DNA of 64,000 bases from an uncultured Actinomycetota bacterium (GCA_963829525.1 CAWHIJ010000003.1:2592001-2656000), one strand, 5' to 3'; counted from the first letter of the stretch, positions 1 through 10,389 are shown. Notes: generated by a model from the sequence alone, not told the origin. Translations and numbers: made by a program.

Positions 1-1
1 C

Positions 2-733
2 GAGCAGCACGCTCGCGAACTTGCTGAGGAGCAGGCGCGGGCGGAGGAGGCCGAGCGGACCCGACGTGAGCTTGTTGCGTGGGTGTCGCATGACCTGCGC
101 ACTCCGTTGGCTGGTATGCGGGCCATGACCGAGGCCCTCGAGGATGGCCTGGCGCCGGACCCCGAGCGCTACCATCGACAGCTGCGTACCGAGGTAGAAC
201 GACTCACCAACATGGTCGACGACCTGTTCGAGCTGTCGCGCATCAACGCCGGAGCTCTACGCCTGGTGCCCGAACAGATCTCACTCAGCGACGTCGTTGG
301 CGATGTCATCGCCGCCGCCGCTCCGCTCGCAGTTGCTCGAGGCGTCTCCATCGAGGCGGTGGCGTCGCCGCAGAGTCCCGACACGATCACCGCCGACGAG
401 CGCGAGCTACGTCGGGCGATAGCCAACCTGGTCTCCAACGCCGTCCGTCACACCCCCCACGACAGCAAGGTGCACGTGGCTGCGTCTGTTATCGGCGGAA
501 CGGCGTCGGTCACGGTGACCGACGCTTGCGGGGGAATCCCCGACGCCGACCTCGCGCGGGTCTTCGAAGCCGGCTATCGAGGTGACCAGGCCCGCACACC
601 GGATCCGGACGGTGGTGCCGGGCTCGGGCTGGCGATCGTTCAGGGAATCGTCAACGCACATGGCGGCGAAGTCGACGTACGGAACGTCAGCGGTGGGTGC
701 CGCTTCACGGTGCGGATCGCGGCGTCCAGCTGA
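2..733 (+). CDS. Sensor histidine kinase (5' truncated at window edge)
   Basis: HisKA H-box SHDLRTPL, N-box [10 protein letters not shown]-box GAGLGLAIV; frame open from position 2. Confidence 0.9.
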   Translation, partial: EQHARELAEEQARAEEAERTRRELVAWVSHDLRTPLAGMRAMTEALEDGLAPDPERYHRQLRTEVERLTNMVDDLFELSRINAGALRLVPEQISLSDVVGDVIAAAAPLAVARGVSIEAVASPQSPDTITADERELRRAIANLVSNAVRHTPHDSKVHVAASVIGGTASVTVTDACGGIPDADLARVFEAGYRGDQARTPDPDGGAGLGLAIVQGIVNAHGGEVDVRNVSGGCRFTVRIAASS

Positions 734-1520
734 TCGTCACGACGTCGCGGTGGTAGCCGGGGTCGATGTCGGCCAGCGCCGCGGCAACGTCCGGTTCACG
801 GTCGGCGGGCAGACAGAGCCGCTGTGCCACCAGCTCGGCCCGCTGTTCGAGTGATTCGCTGTCCGAGCCGTCCGCGGCGACCCTGTCCCCGACATTGGCC
901 CAGTACTCGGCGCGCAGGTCAGCGACATCCATGGCGCTCAAGATCTCCACGAGGTCCCCCGCGATCGGAGCCACGGGTCTTTCCAGGTCGTGGAACATCT
1001 TCCAGAGCGGGTTCATCCACGACAGCGGGTGGTGCGGCGGCAGTTCGAGAACGACTCGGCGCTTGGCCTTGGCGTCGAGCGCCGCCAGGAAGGGCACGAT
1101 GTCGGCCACGTTGTACACGACGTGATGTACCACCACGACGTCATGCTCGGCTACCTCCGCAGCTACCTCAGGCCATGTCCCGAGCACTTCGTCGTGCTCA
1201 ACTCCGGCCGCAGCTGCACGCTCGGCGAACGCCTCCAACATGGGGGCCTTGCCGTCGACGGCGGTCATCGACGTGGCCCAGGGTGCCAGCGGAAGAGAGG
1301 CTGCCCCCGCACCGGCGCCGACATCGAGCACCGAGCCCGGGTCGGACCGGAGTACTTCGGCGGCCCGCTCGAACGAGATACCGCCTGGATCACTAACTGC
1401 TCGATCAGCACGGCCAGAAAACCGCGCGACGGGAAGCATCCAAGGATCGCGCGTTGCGGCGCCGGCGATGTGCGGCGGGATGGTCCACCCCGCCAACGCT
1501 TCCGTCCAGCGCTGGGCCAT
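705..1520 (-). CDS. Class I SAM-dependent methyltransferase
   Basis: Motif [10 protein letters not shown] and [11 protein letters not shown]; start trimmed to MAQRW because the longer ORF runs antisense over cofD. Confidence 0.8.
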   Translation of the reverse strand: MAQRWTEALAGWTIPPHIAGAATRDPWMLPVARFSGRADRAVSDPGGISFERAAEVLRSDPGSVLDVGAGAGAASLPLAPWATSMTAVDGKAPMLEAFAERAAAAGVEHDEVLGTWPEVAAEVAEHDVVVVHHVVYNVADIVPFLAALDAKAKRRVVLELPPHHPLSWMNPLWKMFHDLERPVAPIAGDLVEILSAMDVADLRAEYWANVGDRVAADGSDSESLEQRAELVAQRLCLPADREPDVAAALADIDPGYHRDVVTISWTPRSAP

Positions 1521-1562
1521 GGCCGAAAGATCTGCGGGTCTGCTCACTGACAAGATGCTGCC

Positions 1563-2546
1563 ATGCATATCGTCGCATTGGCAGGGGGCATCGGCGGGGC
1601 TCGCTTTCTGCGGGGCCTCCGTCAACATCTGGCGGTCCGCGACGACGAGTTGGCGGGCGCCGACATCACCGTGATCGGCAACACCGCCGACGACATCACC
1701 TTGTTCGGCCTGCGGGTCTGCCCCGACCTCGACACCGTGATGTACACCCTGGGCGGGGGCATCCACGAGGAGCAGGGGTGGGGGCGGGCCGAAGAAACGT
1801 TCTCCGTCAGTGCAGAGCTGGCGGCGTACGAGGTGCCGCCCGACTGGTTCACCCTCGGCGACCGCGACATCGCCACCCACATCGTGCGCACGCAGATGCT
1901 GCGCGCCGGCTGGTCGCTGACCGATGTCACGGCCGCCCTGTGTTCGCGTTGGCAGCCCGGGGTGCGGCTGCTTCCGATGAGTGACGATCCCGTCGAGACG
2001 CATGTCGTCGTTCTCGACGACAGCGGAACACGTGAGGCTCTGCACTTCCAGGAGTGGTGGGTACGTGAGCAGGCCAAGCGCCCCGCCCAGGAGTTCGTCT
2101 ACCTCGGTGCGGCTGAAGCGAAGCCAACTGTTGCGGTGCTCGACGCACTCCGCGACGCCGACGTGGTGCTGCTACCACCGTCGAATCCCGTCGTCAGCAT
2201 CGGCGCGATCCTGCAGGTCGACGGCATCGCCGATGCGCTGCGGGGCGTGGCGGCATCTGTTGTCGGAGTCTCGCCGATCATCGCGGGAGCGCCGGTTCGA
2301 GGGATGGCCGACGCATGCCTGTCCGCCATCGGCGTCGAGACCTCGTCAGCGGCGGTGGCCGCTCACTACGGCGCGCGCATCGCAGGTGGGCTGCTAGACG
2401 GTTGGCTCGTCGCCGACGAAGATGCGTCGGCGCCCGCCCCGGCTGGAGTCGTCCAACGGTCCCGGCCGCTTCTGATGACCGCGATTGAGGACGCTGCGGC
2501 GATTGCTGGTGCTGCGCTCGACCTCGCCATCGACTTACGTCGTTGA
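1563..2546 (+). CDS. cofD: 2-phospho-L-lactate transferase (F420 biosynthesis, CofD/FbiA)
   Basis: LAGGIGGARFL, CPDLDTVMYTL, LGDRDIATH, HFQEWWV, PSNPVVSI. Confidence 0.95.
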   Translation: MHIVALAGGIGGARFLRGLRQHLAVRDDELAGADITVIGNTADDITLFGLRVCPDLDTVMYTLGGGIHEEQGWGRAEETFSVSAELAAYEVPPDWFTLGDRDIATHIVRTQMLRAGWSLTDVTAALCSRWQPGVRLLPMSDDPVETHVVVLDDSGTREALHFQEWWVREQAKRPAQEFVYLGAAEAKPTVAVLDALRDADVVLLPPSNPVVSIGAILQVDGIADALRGVAASVVGVSPIIAGAPVRGMADACLSAIGVETSSAAVAAHYGARIAGGLLDGWLVADEDASAPAPAGVVQRSRPLLMTAIEDAAAIAGAALDLAIDLRR

Positions 2547-3850
2547 GCCGCATGGCGTCGCTGGGTCACGGGGGTAGCTTCCACGTCGTCGCGCTCGAGC
2601 GGATGCCGGAGATCACCGCGGGCCACGACCTCGCGAGGTCCATCCTCTCGGCTCAACCAGGACTGCAGGACGGCGACATCGTGGTGGTGTCGAGCAAGGT
2701 GGTGAGCAAGGCAGAGGGACGCGTCGTCACTGGTGTCACGCGCGACGAGGTTATCTCCGGCGAAATCGTGCGAGTCGTCGCAGAGCGCGACGGTCTCACG
2801 ATCGTCGAGACGCGCCACGGCCTTGTGCTAGCAGCAGCTGGCGTCGACGCGAGCAACGTCGCAGAGGGGTCGTTGGTGCTGCTGCCCGAGGACGCTGACG
2901 CCTCTGCGCGGGCACTGCGCTCGGCGCTGCAAGTGGCGGCCGGTTGCACGCTGGGGGTCATCGTCACCGATACCGCGGGACGTCCGTGGCGGCTCGGCCA
3001 GACCGACATCGCGATCGGCGCAGCCGGCGTCACCCCGCTGCAGGATCTCCGCGGCACGTCAGACATGCAAGGCCGGATGCTGGAGGTCACAGTGCCAGCC
3101 GTCGCCGATGAGATCGCCGCTGCTGCCGAGCTCGTGATGGGCAAGGCAGCGGGAACTCCGGTCGCAGTCGTCCGGGGGCTCGGTCAGTTCGTGCAGGAGT
3201 CCGACGGTCCAGGCGCGCGAGCCATTGTTCGACCGCGCGACGAGGACCTGTTCTCGCATGGCTCGCGCGATGTGGTGCGTTCGCGGCGAACCGTACGCGC
3301 CTTCACCGATGCTCCAGTGCCGCGTGATGTCATCACCGCTGCTGTTGCTGATGCCATCACCGCGCCGGCCCCGCACCACTCAGCGCCCTGGCGGTTCGTC
3401 CTCGTATCCGACGACCGCCGAACAGGACTGCTCGACGCCATGGCTGACCAGTGGCGGGATGACCTGCGCGTAGATGGAGTCGATGAGGCGTCCATCGAGG
3501 GCCGCATCGCCAGGGGCGATCTCCTGCGAGCGGCACCGTCGCTTGTGGTCCCGTGTCTCGTCGACGATGGCTCGGCGGTGTATGCCGATGACCGGCGCTC
3601 CACCGCCGAGCATGTGATGTTCCTGCTCGCCATGGGCGCGGGGATCGAGAACTTTCTCGTGTCGTTGGCGGTTCAAGGTGTGGGGTCGGCATGGGTCTCG
3701 TCAACGATCTTCTGTCCTGACGTCGCGTGCGCTGCGCTCGACCTTCCTGCCGGCTGGCAACCCATGGGTGCGATTGCCGTGGGGTATGCGGCAGGGGCGC
3801 CGACCCCTCGCGCGCCACGTGATCCTGGCGACTTCGTCGTGGAGAGATAG
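2543..3850 (+). CDS. cofE: Coenzyme F420-0:L-glutamate ligase with C-terminal nitroreductase domain (CofE/FbiB)
   Basis: SSKVVSKAEGR, AGVDASN, DTAGRPWR, then RRTVRAF...APAPHHSAPWRF; overlaps the cofD stop. Confidence 0.95.
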   Translation: MSRMASLGHGGSFHVVALERMPEITAGHDLARSILSAQPGLQDGDIVVVSSKVVSKAEGRVVTGVTRDEVISGEIVRVVAERDGLTIVETRHGLVLAAAGVDASNVAEGSLVLLPEDADASARALRSALQVAAGCTLGVIVTDTAGRPWRLGQTDIAIGAAGVTPLQDLRGTSDMQGRMLEVTVPAVADEIAAAAELVMGKAAGTPVAVVRGLGQFVQESDGPGARAIVRPRDEDLFSHGSRDVVRSRRTVRAFTDAPVPRDVITAAVADAITAPAPHHSAPWRFVLVSDDRRTGLLDAMADQWRDDLRVDGVDEASIEGRIARGDLLRAAPSLVVPCLVDDGSAVYADDRRSTAEHVMFLLAMGAGIENFLVSLAVQGVGSAWVSSTIFCPDVACAALDLPAGWQPMGAIAVGYAAGAPTPRAPRDPGDFVVER

Positions 3851-3887
3851 GCGTTCTGCACAGCTACGGAAGACTCCGCACGGAAGT

Positions 3888-3909
3888 TGTCAGACGCTTG
3901 GTCTAGCGT
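3888..3909 (+). promoter_or_regulatory. RecA-NDp/PafBC-type DNA-damage promoter
   Basis: TGTCAG-N10-TA-N3-T (tgtcag acgcttggtc ta gcg t) upstream of the DUF222-HNH gene. Confidence 0.6.
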
Positions 3910-4032
3910 AGGTATTGGTCGATTCGATCCAGGATAACGGCGCAGCCGAGTAGTGCGGGTGAGTTGCGCAGATGAGTAGCGGCGATGGCGACCACCGTCC
4001 GTTGATTCCGCACTCACGCCGCGAGGTCGTCG

Positions 4033-5493
4033 TTGTCCCTGTCACCGCTGCCACCGCCTGTTGACCGGTCCGGGTCATTCGGATCGGCGAACGGCGCAGT
4101 GTCGTCGAACGGCGCAGTGTCGTCGAACGGCGCAGTGTCGTCGAACGGCGCAGTGTCGTCGAACGGCGCAGTGTCGGCCGTTCTGGCAGAAGCCGTCGCC
4201 GCCGCGGTCGGCGTTGACCCGCACGCGCTGACCGCCACCGAACGCAAGTCCCGCCTGACCGAGCTGCGCGCCGCGATCGACGCCCTCGAGGTCGCCTTCG
4301 ACACCATCGTGGCCGCTGCCGACACCGCTGGAGACGGCCAGCTTCTCGATGGGGCCACCTCCACCGGGGCGTGGCTCCGACACACCCTGCACCTGACACC
4401 CCGCGACGCAGCCAGCCACGTCCGCACCGCCCGGATGCTCGGCCATGGCCGGGCGCCTGCAGGTCCGGCAGCTGCAGCGGTGCTGGCCGGAACCATCAGC
4501 TACTCCCACCTTCAAGCGATCACCAGCACTCTCGCCGACCTGACCGACCACCCCGGTCTTCCCCTCAGCGCACATACCCAGGCGGTGGAGTTGATGGTCG
4601 ACCTCGCCACCCAGGTCGACCCATCCGGCCTGCGAGCCGCCGCGCGGCACCTGCGCTACGTCCTGGACCCCGACCGCGGCAAAGCCGACCACGACCGACA
4701 GACCCAGGCCCGCCGCGCCTCCCTCGCCCCACTCCTCGACGGCACCTGGCGCCTGGAGATGCTCACCACCGCCGAAGGCGGTGCCCTGCTGAGCCAGCTG
4801 CTGGCCGCCACCGGCGCACCCACCAGCGCGGACGACGCACGCACCCCGGCCCAACGCCGTCACGACGCGCTGATCGACGCCCTCCAAGCCGCGGCACAGT
4901 CCGACCAGCTCCCCGTCGCGAACGGGCTCAGCCCCCGAATCCTCATCACCGCGCCACCGCAGGCTTTCCTCCCCACAAACACCCGCAACCAGGCCCACGG
5001 CAACGACAACGACCCGCTCGGCAGCGGCACAAGCATCACCGGTCCTAACACCCTTCGGTGGCGCCCAGCCCGCTTCGCCGACGGCACTCCGGTCCCGGGA
5101 CCGCTCTTCGACCACCTCGCCTGCAACCCCACCTTGACCCGCATCCTGCAAGAACCCGCCGGCGCCGTCCTCGACGTCGGTCGCGACCACCGGTTCTTCA
5201 CCGGCGCCCAACGCACCGCCCTCTGGGCCCGCGACCGCGGCTGCCGCTTTCCCGGTTGCACTGCCCCCTGGACCCACGCTCACCACATCACCGGCTGGAA
5301 AGACGGCGGTACCACTGACCTCGCCAACGGCCTCCTCCTATGTGGCCACCACCACCGCGCCGTTCACGACGGCAACTGGGCCATCACCGCAGGTGCAGAA
5401 GGCGCCAACGGCACCATCACCTTCACCCACCCGCAACGAATCACGACCCACCACAGCCCCATCCCCCCACCTGACCCCCTCGCGATCGAGTAA
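4033..5493 (+). CDS. DUF222-domain HNH endonuclease (13E12-repeat family)
   Basis: RTPAQRRHDAL, LDVGRDHRFF, RDRGCRFPGC..HAHHI..GGTTDLANGLLLCGHHHRAVH; GAGG upstream of TTG. Confidence 0.9.
   Translation: MSLSPLPPPVDRSGSFGSANGAVSSNGAVSSNGAVSSNGAVSSNGAVSAVLAEAVAAAVGVDPHALTATERKSRLTELRAAIDALEVAFDTIVAAADTAGDGQLLDGATSTGAWLRHTLHLTPRDAASHVRTARMLGHGRAPAGPAAAAVLAGTISYSHLQAITSTLADLTDHPGLPLSAHTQAVELMVDLATQVDPSGLRAAARHLRYVLDPDRGKADHDRQTQARRASLAPLLDGTWRLEMLTTAEGGALLSQLLAATGAPTSADDARTPAQRRHDALIDALQAAAQSDQLPVANGLSPRILITAPPQAFLPTNTRNQAHGNDNDPLGSGTSITGPNTLRWRPARFADGTPVPGPLFDHLACNPTLTRILQEPAGAVLDVGRDHRFFTGAQRTALWARDRGCRFPGCTAPWTHAHHITGWKDGGTTDLANGLLLCGHHHRAVHDGNWAITAGAEGANGTITFTHPQRITTHHSPIPPPDPLAIE
4088..4176 (+). 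repeat. 18-bp tandem repeat, about 5 copies (NGAVSS)
   Basis: cgaacggcgcagtgtcgt x4 plus a 17-bp partial copy. Confidence 0.95.
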
Positions 5494-5588
5494 CGACAGT
5501 TCGTTCCTCCGGACGATTCGCTCGGCGCACACGAGGGGGAACCCGGCTCACCTGAAACCGCAACCGCGCCTGAGCCCCCGCCCCGCAA

Positions 5589-6518
5589 CTACCACCGGCG
5601 ATGCTGCGGCACCGGCATCCGCGGCCCGCGCCTCGGCGCACCCACACCCGCCAGTTCCATCAACCGCTGCACCCTGTATCGATGACCGGCATAGGGCTCG
5701 AGCACTTCCGCCAGCCGCGCATCATCGCCCCGCTCGCCGGTCAGCCACCAGCAGATGTCCTTCGCCACGTGGTAGTCGCCGAATGACACCGCATCGGCGT
5801 CACCGTGCGCGCGCTGTCGTACCTCCGCCGATGTCCAGACACCCACTCCAGGCAGCGCTCGAAGCACTCGATCAGCCCCGGTGCCGGAAAGGTCAGCTGT
5901 TCGTTCGATGGCAGCGGCTGCCGATGCGACGACACGCAAGGTGCGGACGCGGTGGGGAGTGACTCCAGCTCGATGGAAATCCGCATCGGAGATCCGTCGC
6001 CATGCCCTCGGCGAAGGCGGCACCATCAGTCCTGTTGGCGCGGGGCCGGGTGCCGGCTCACCGAACCGTCGGACCAGCGACTGCCACGCGCGTCGTGCCT
6101 CGACGCCGGTCACCTTCTGCTCTATCACCGCAGCCATGCAGGCGTCGAAGGGACGCCGGGTTCGCGCCATCCGCCAGCCAGGCGCCCGCCGCGATGCCTC
6201 GGCGACGACCGAATGCACGGGGACAAAGCCTTCCGGCACGTCGCCGGCACCCAGCAGCACTGGGACGCCGCCCAACAACCACTGCGCACCCGGTCCCCAG
6301 GACGTTGCCTCCACACAACCGTCGGATGGCCGCGCCACAAGTCGCAGGGTTCCCGGCCCATCTGGCGTCGACGTGGCCCACCAAGCCACCGGCGTGAAGT
6401 TTCCGGCCACTCGTTCGAACCGGAACGTTCGATACCGCGGCCCGCGGCTCAGCGGACCAAGGATGGCCACGAGGTCGACCGGGAAGCCGGGCTTCCACTT
6501 CCGCTCAGCCACGAACAC
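5589..6518 (-). CDS. DNA-3-methyladenine glycosylase II (AlkA/HhH-GPD family)
   Basis: EQKVTGVEA, HhH LPGVGVWTSAE, DAVSFGDYH; conserved position between cofE and the NDP-sugar synthase. Confidence 0.85.
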   Translation of the reverse strand: MFVAERKWKPGFPVDLVAILGPLSRGPRYRTFRFERVAGNFTPVAWWATSTPDGPGTLRLVARPSDGCVEATSWGPGAQWLLGGVPVLLGAGDVPEGFVPVHSVVAEASRRAPGWRMARTRRPFDACMAAVIEQKVTGVEARRAWQSLVRRFGEPAPGPAPTGLMVPPSPRAWRRISDADFHRAGVTPHRVRTLRVVASAAAAIERTADLSGTGADRVLRALPGVGVWTSAEVRQRAHGDADAVSFGDYHVAKDICWWLTGERGDDARLAEVLEPYAGHRYRVQRLMELAGVGAPRRGPRMPVPQHRRW

Positions 6519-6534
6519 TGGGCACCGCTTCCAC

Positions 6535-7569
6535 TTACTGCGTCGCCTCCACCCTCGTCCCGGGCGCCGGGCTCGCCCCCGGCGCTAGCCGCGCGTGGTC
6601 ACCCAGCACCGAGTCAACGACGACGGCTCCATCACCAACGATCGCCTCCGACCCGATCGCACTTCGCGTCACGGTCGCACCGGCGCCGATCACCGCACCA
6701 GGCATCACGATCGACGCATCGATCACAGCACCCGACCCGATGTGGACGCCGGCGCCGATCGACGACCCGCCGAACACCTGAACATCTGTGGGGGGACGGT
6801 CGGCGTCACCGAACCAGGCCTGCCCGTGCGGCACCATGAGCGCCGCCGACGGAGCTACTCCGAGCACGACGTCGGCCGAACAGCGCACAAGCGCCTCCGG
6901 CGTTCCGACATCGCACCAGTAAGCGGACTCCTTCCAGGCCCGCACATCGCGGCCAGACTCCAACAGACTCGGAAATGTGTCGCGTTCGACCGAGACCACC
7001 TGACCCGCCGGTATCGTGTCGATGACCGAGCGACGGAACACGTAGGCACCGGCGTTGACCCAGGAGGTCACGGGGCTATCCATCTTCTCCAGGAACGCGC
7101 TCACCCGGCCCTCATCATCGGTGGGAACGCATCCGTAGGCGCGGGCGTCGTCCACTTCGACGAGATGCAGCGTTACGTCCGCATCGACCGAGCAGTGGAA
7201 GGCGACCTGCCCACCGAGGTCGTGCCCCGAGAGCACGTCACCATTGAGGATCACCACAGGATCATCAGGACGGGAGTCCAATCCGCTTGCAGCATTGCGA
7301 ATTGCACCGCCCGTGCCGAGCGGAGTGTCCTCATGCAGGTAGGTCACACGCAGACCGACCGGAGACCCGTCGCCGAATGTCTCCTGGAAGATCTCCGCGC
7401 GGTAAGACGTCGCAAGCACCACGTGGTCAACGCCGGCCCGGCGCAAGGCAGCGAGCTGGTGGGCGAGGAACGGCATGCCGGCCACCGGCAGCAACGGCTT
7501 CGGCGTGGTCAGCGTGAGGGGGCGCAGCCGTATACCTTGGCCGCCGACGAGCAAGACTGCTTCGCGCAT
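6535..7569 (-). CDS. Mannose-1-phosphate guanylyltransferase / NDP-sugar synthase
   Basis: GGQGIRLRPLT, PKPLLPV, LGTGGAI, NGDVL, FLEK, DVGTP, C-terminal hexapeptide repeats. Confidence 0.9.
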   Translation of the reverse strand: MREAVLLVGGQGIRLRPLTLTTPKPLLPVAGMPFLAHQLAALRRAGVDHVVLATSYRAEIFQETFGDGSPVGLRVTYLHEDTPLGTGGAIRNAASGLDSRPDDPVVILNGDVLSGHDLGGQVAFHCSVDADVTLHLVEVDDARAYGCVPTDDEGRVSAFLEKMDSPVTSWVNAGAYVFRRSVIDTIPAGQVVSVERDTFPSLLESGRDVRAWKESAYWCDVGTPEALVRCSADVVLGVAPSAALMVPHGQAWFGDADRPPTDVQVFGGSSIGAGVHIGSGAVIDASIVMPGAVIGAGATVTRSAIGSEAIVGDGAVVVDSVLGDHARLAPGASPAPGTRVEATQ

Positions 7570-7605
7570 GGCGTCAGCCTAGAGCGGCGTCGGCCGACCG
7601 CTAGC

Positions 7606-10269
7606 TCAGGAGTACCAGCCAACGACTCGAAGTGACACCACCGCATCAGAACGCTTGGCAGCGATGGTGATCTCCCCATCGTGTCCGATCGGAACCACCA
7701 AGAGCGTGCGCTGAGTTCCTCTCTTGTCGTACGCCAGCAGAGGCAGCGGGTCCGTGGTCGAGCCGGCCGGGAGAACAGACAGGAAACCGTCACCAGAATC
7801 GCTTCGGGCCAACGCCTGGACAAGAACCGCCGATGCCGCTCCGGGGACCCCAGTGTCTGATCCACGAACCCGCACAGACTGAGCAGTTCCGGCAGCGAGA
7901 TCTGCTGACGAGCCTGCACCAAGGGCGTTGTAACTCTTCATGCTGCGGAACCTTCCGGAACGCTCACCCTGCTGCGGACGGAACCAGCCGAGCACATCTA
8001 CGCGTACGTCTGACTTGCCGCTCGTTAGACGCAGCGGAAGCCGACCGTCCGCGTCAAGCTTGACCACGCTCGTCCCCGTCCGCCACGTCCCTGCTGGCGC
8101 CCGAACAACAGCGCCCAGCGAGCGGGGCGTGCCGGACGGAGCCATGCTGAGAGTTGCCGTACGGGTCGGGTTGATCAGCCCGGCACTGACCAGCACGGTG
8201 CGGATCTCGGTCGGGACTCCCTGGCGGCCGGCAATTCTTACGGTACGCGTTGTGCCGGACACCAGGCGCCCTGTCGACCAGCCAAAGCCGGTTGAGCTAT
8301 CGACGAGACGTCTCGCTGAGACCGCCTTGAGTGATTGGGTGCCAACGCCCGACGACGTGTAGTAGCCGAGGAAGTCGACGTCAAGCCGGGCCAGGCTAGT
8401 AGTTGCCCCCAAGCAGATCCGTCCCGTGGCCGGTACCCGAACCGTTGCCAGTCCAGCGCTCGCTCCTGATGCCTGGTAGGTCACTGCCACCTGGTCGCGA
8501 TCAGCAGCACCGCACGGCCAGACCTGAACGCGGCCAGCGCTCCCGGCACCAGCGGCGGTGACGCGCACTGCAGCCGCGCGAGTTCCGGACGCGGGCGCGC
8601 GACCGCGCCCGAGAACGTCGACCGAGATGGTGCCACCACGACGCGAGGAGGGTGTATCGCCACGTTCGGCGATTCGCGCCGTCGTAACCGGCTGGTAATA
8701 GGAGTACGAAGACGTCGGGACGAATGTCGGGGTTGTGGTGTACGGACCCACGCCGGACCGGTAGATGGGGGCAACCCTGGCGCGATACTGCTTGCCGTTT
8801 GTCAGGCTGGAGACGCGAACGTGGCGGGCCCCGGCGTCGACGCGATACGCCGCGTCGCCCGACGACAGCGTGATCCGGTACCCCTTGACGCGGCGGCCGG
8901 AGTCAGGGGCACCCCAGCTGACCCGAGCCGAGCGGTCGCCTCGCTCGGCACGGACGTTAGTCGCTGGTGCTGGTACGCCGCTGTCGGCGTTCGTGACCGT
9001 CCACCAGGTGCTCTTGAGGCCCGCGGCCCATCGGAAGCTGTCAGCCGAGACGCTGATGGTGCTCTTGCTGCCGACCAGCCCAACGGACAGAACTCGGCCG
9101 CCCCACTGACCGTTCCCGTCGCGAGCGAGCACCTTGAGACTTCGCAACTTACCGATCTGCGGCCAAGCGTTCTGCACCGTGGCAGCTTTAACCGTCGTCG
9201 ACCAGCTGTGCCCCCAGTTCGACTCCCCCGTGACGACCCCGTCATATGGGTCAGGCTTGGCCGTCAGGTAGGGCCGTCCGCCGGAGACCGAGTAGCCACC
9301 ATTGGCGGAGCCGAACATGGCAAAGACCGGTTGGCCGGCATCGCGGAGATACTGAGTCGCGGTCGACTTCACTGCATCCACTTCAGGACCGCTCTCGGCC
9401 GAGATGGGGGCGTACACCTGGCAGGAGGTGGTGTCACAGATGTCATAGGCACGGTGGGTGGTCCGTGCGTTCAACTGCGCCACCAGCGCGTAGCTACGCG
9501 CCGCGATCGCCTGCGCCCTCAGCGCGGCACCGGTCCACGAACTCGGGACCTCCGAGGAGACTACTGACCGAAGATAGTCCTCCAGAAGTAGCCGGTTCAT
9601 GGCAAGGACCGACGAGGACCCTCGGGCGATCTCGAGGTATCCGCGATAGACACGAGTGTTTCCGTCGGCGGACTCAACGGCGACGCGGCTCTTGCCAACG
9701 GCAGAACTGGTCTGCCACCTGACCGATCCACTCATCCCACCCTTGACCTTGACTACCTTGGCTGACGAGACTGCCAAGACCTCCAGTCCCGCACTTCCCC
9801 TGACGACGCGGAAGGCACTGACTGGCTCACCTCCAGCCCTTCCGGGCAGGGCAACGGAGCCACCCTTGTATATGAGGGAGAGCCCCTTCCGAGGAGGAAC
9901 CACCACACCGGTGCCTTGGGGGGTACTGCCCACAACACCGGAAAGCCCCACAGTGATCTGTCGGGTTGCTGCGCCTTCGACGAGCCTCGTGCCCGGGTAG
10001 TAGAACTTCACAATCTCGCGATAGCTCTTGCCAAGGCGCCCCATGCCCTCGGCGCCGAACTGCGACATGCCGATGCCGTGGCCGTACCCGAGTCCGGAGA
10101 GCCGGAAGGTGCCGCTGCCCGGCACGGCGTAGCTTTCGACTGCGCCAGCTGCACGGGCGCTCGTGGCCATGACCGCAATAGATCCAGCCACCAGAGCCGC
10201 AACCAGCACCGACACCAGGGCCGCTGCCAGAGCCGCCTCGGGGGCGCCGACGAAAGCCGCTCCCCGCAT
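7606..10269 (-). CDS. Secreted SpoIID/LytB-domain lytic transglycosylase with FN3 domain and three C-terminal beta-repeat domains
   Basis: Signal peptide; GYGHGIGMSQFGA; EDYLRSVVSSE; AQAIAARSY; ICDTTSCQVY; FN3 VSWGAP..Y..LTNGKQY. Confidence 0.88.
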   Translation of the reverse strand: MRGAAFVGAPEAALAAALVSVLVAALVAGSIAVMATSARAAGAVESYAVPGSGTFRLSGLGYGHGIGMSQFGAEGMGRLGKSYREIVKFYYPGTRLVEGAATRQITVGLSGVVGSTPQGTGVVVPPRKGLSLIYKGGSVALPGRAGGEPVSAFRVVRGSAGLEVLAVSSAKVVKVKGGMSGSVRWQTSSAVGKSRVAVESADGNTRVYRGYLEIARGSSSVLAMNRLLLEDYLRSVVSSEVPSSWTGAALRAQAIAARSYALVAQLNARTTHRAYDICDTTSCQVYAPISAESGPEVDAVKSTATQYLRDAGQPVFAMFGSANGGYSVSGGRPYLTAKPDPYDGVVTGESNWGHSWSTTVKAATVQNAWPQIGKLRSLKVLARDGNGQWGGRVLSVGLVGSKSTISVSADSFRWAAGLKSTWWTVTNADSGVPAPATNVRAERGDRSARVSWGAPDSGRRVKGYRITLSSGDAAYRVDAGARHVRVSSLTNGKQYRARVAPIYRSGVGPYTTTPTFVPTSSYSYYQPVTTARIAERGDTPSSRRGGTISVDVLGRGRAPASGTRAAAVRVTAAGAGSAGRVQVWPCGAADRDQVAVTYQASGASAGLATVRVPATGRICLGATTSLARLDVDFLGYYTSSGVGTQSLKAVSARRLVDSSTGFGWSTGRLVSGTTRTVRIAGRQGVPTEIRTVLVSAGLINPTRTATLSMAPSGTPRSLGAVVRAPAGTWRTGTSVVKLDADGRLPLRLTSGKSDVRVDVLGWFRPQQGERSGRFRSMKSYNALGAGSSADLAAGTAQSVRVRGSDTGVPGAASAVLVQALARSDSGDGFLSVLPAGSTTDPLPLLAYDKRGTQRTLLVVPIGHDGEITIAAKRSDAVVSLRVVGWYS

Positions 10270-10337
10270 AGGGATCCCGACGCGCAGCAGAGCAGGATTT
10301 CGGTTTGTCTCACGCGTCACACCCGTCACAGACAGGT

Positions 10338-10366
10338 GTCTCGGCAGTTGTTCGGGCGAACCTGAG
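10338..10366 (-). promoter_or_regulatory. Putative sigma-28 (WhiG/FliA-like) promoter
   Basis: CTCA-N17-GCCGAGAC on the minus strand upstream of the SpoIID gene. Confidence 0.45.
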
Positions 10367-10389
10367 TTCACCCGGCCTGACCTGCAGCT

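Noticed and set aside
4088-4176. Repeats next to an HNH nuclease as a guide array
   Set aside because: Contiguous identical 18-mers inside the ORF, with no spacers
4075-5286. Long antisense ORFs (also 17515-18393, 29101-29940, 36699-37958, 53590-54669, 62502-63923)
   Set aside because: Shadows of real high-GC genes, with no recognisable motifs
4033-5493. DUF222-HNH genes as IS elements
   Set aside because: No DDE/HUH transposase motif, terminal inverted repeats or target duplication seen
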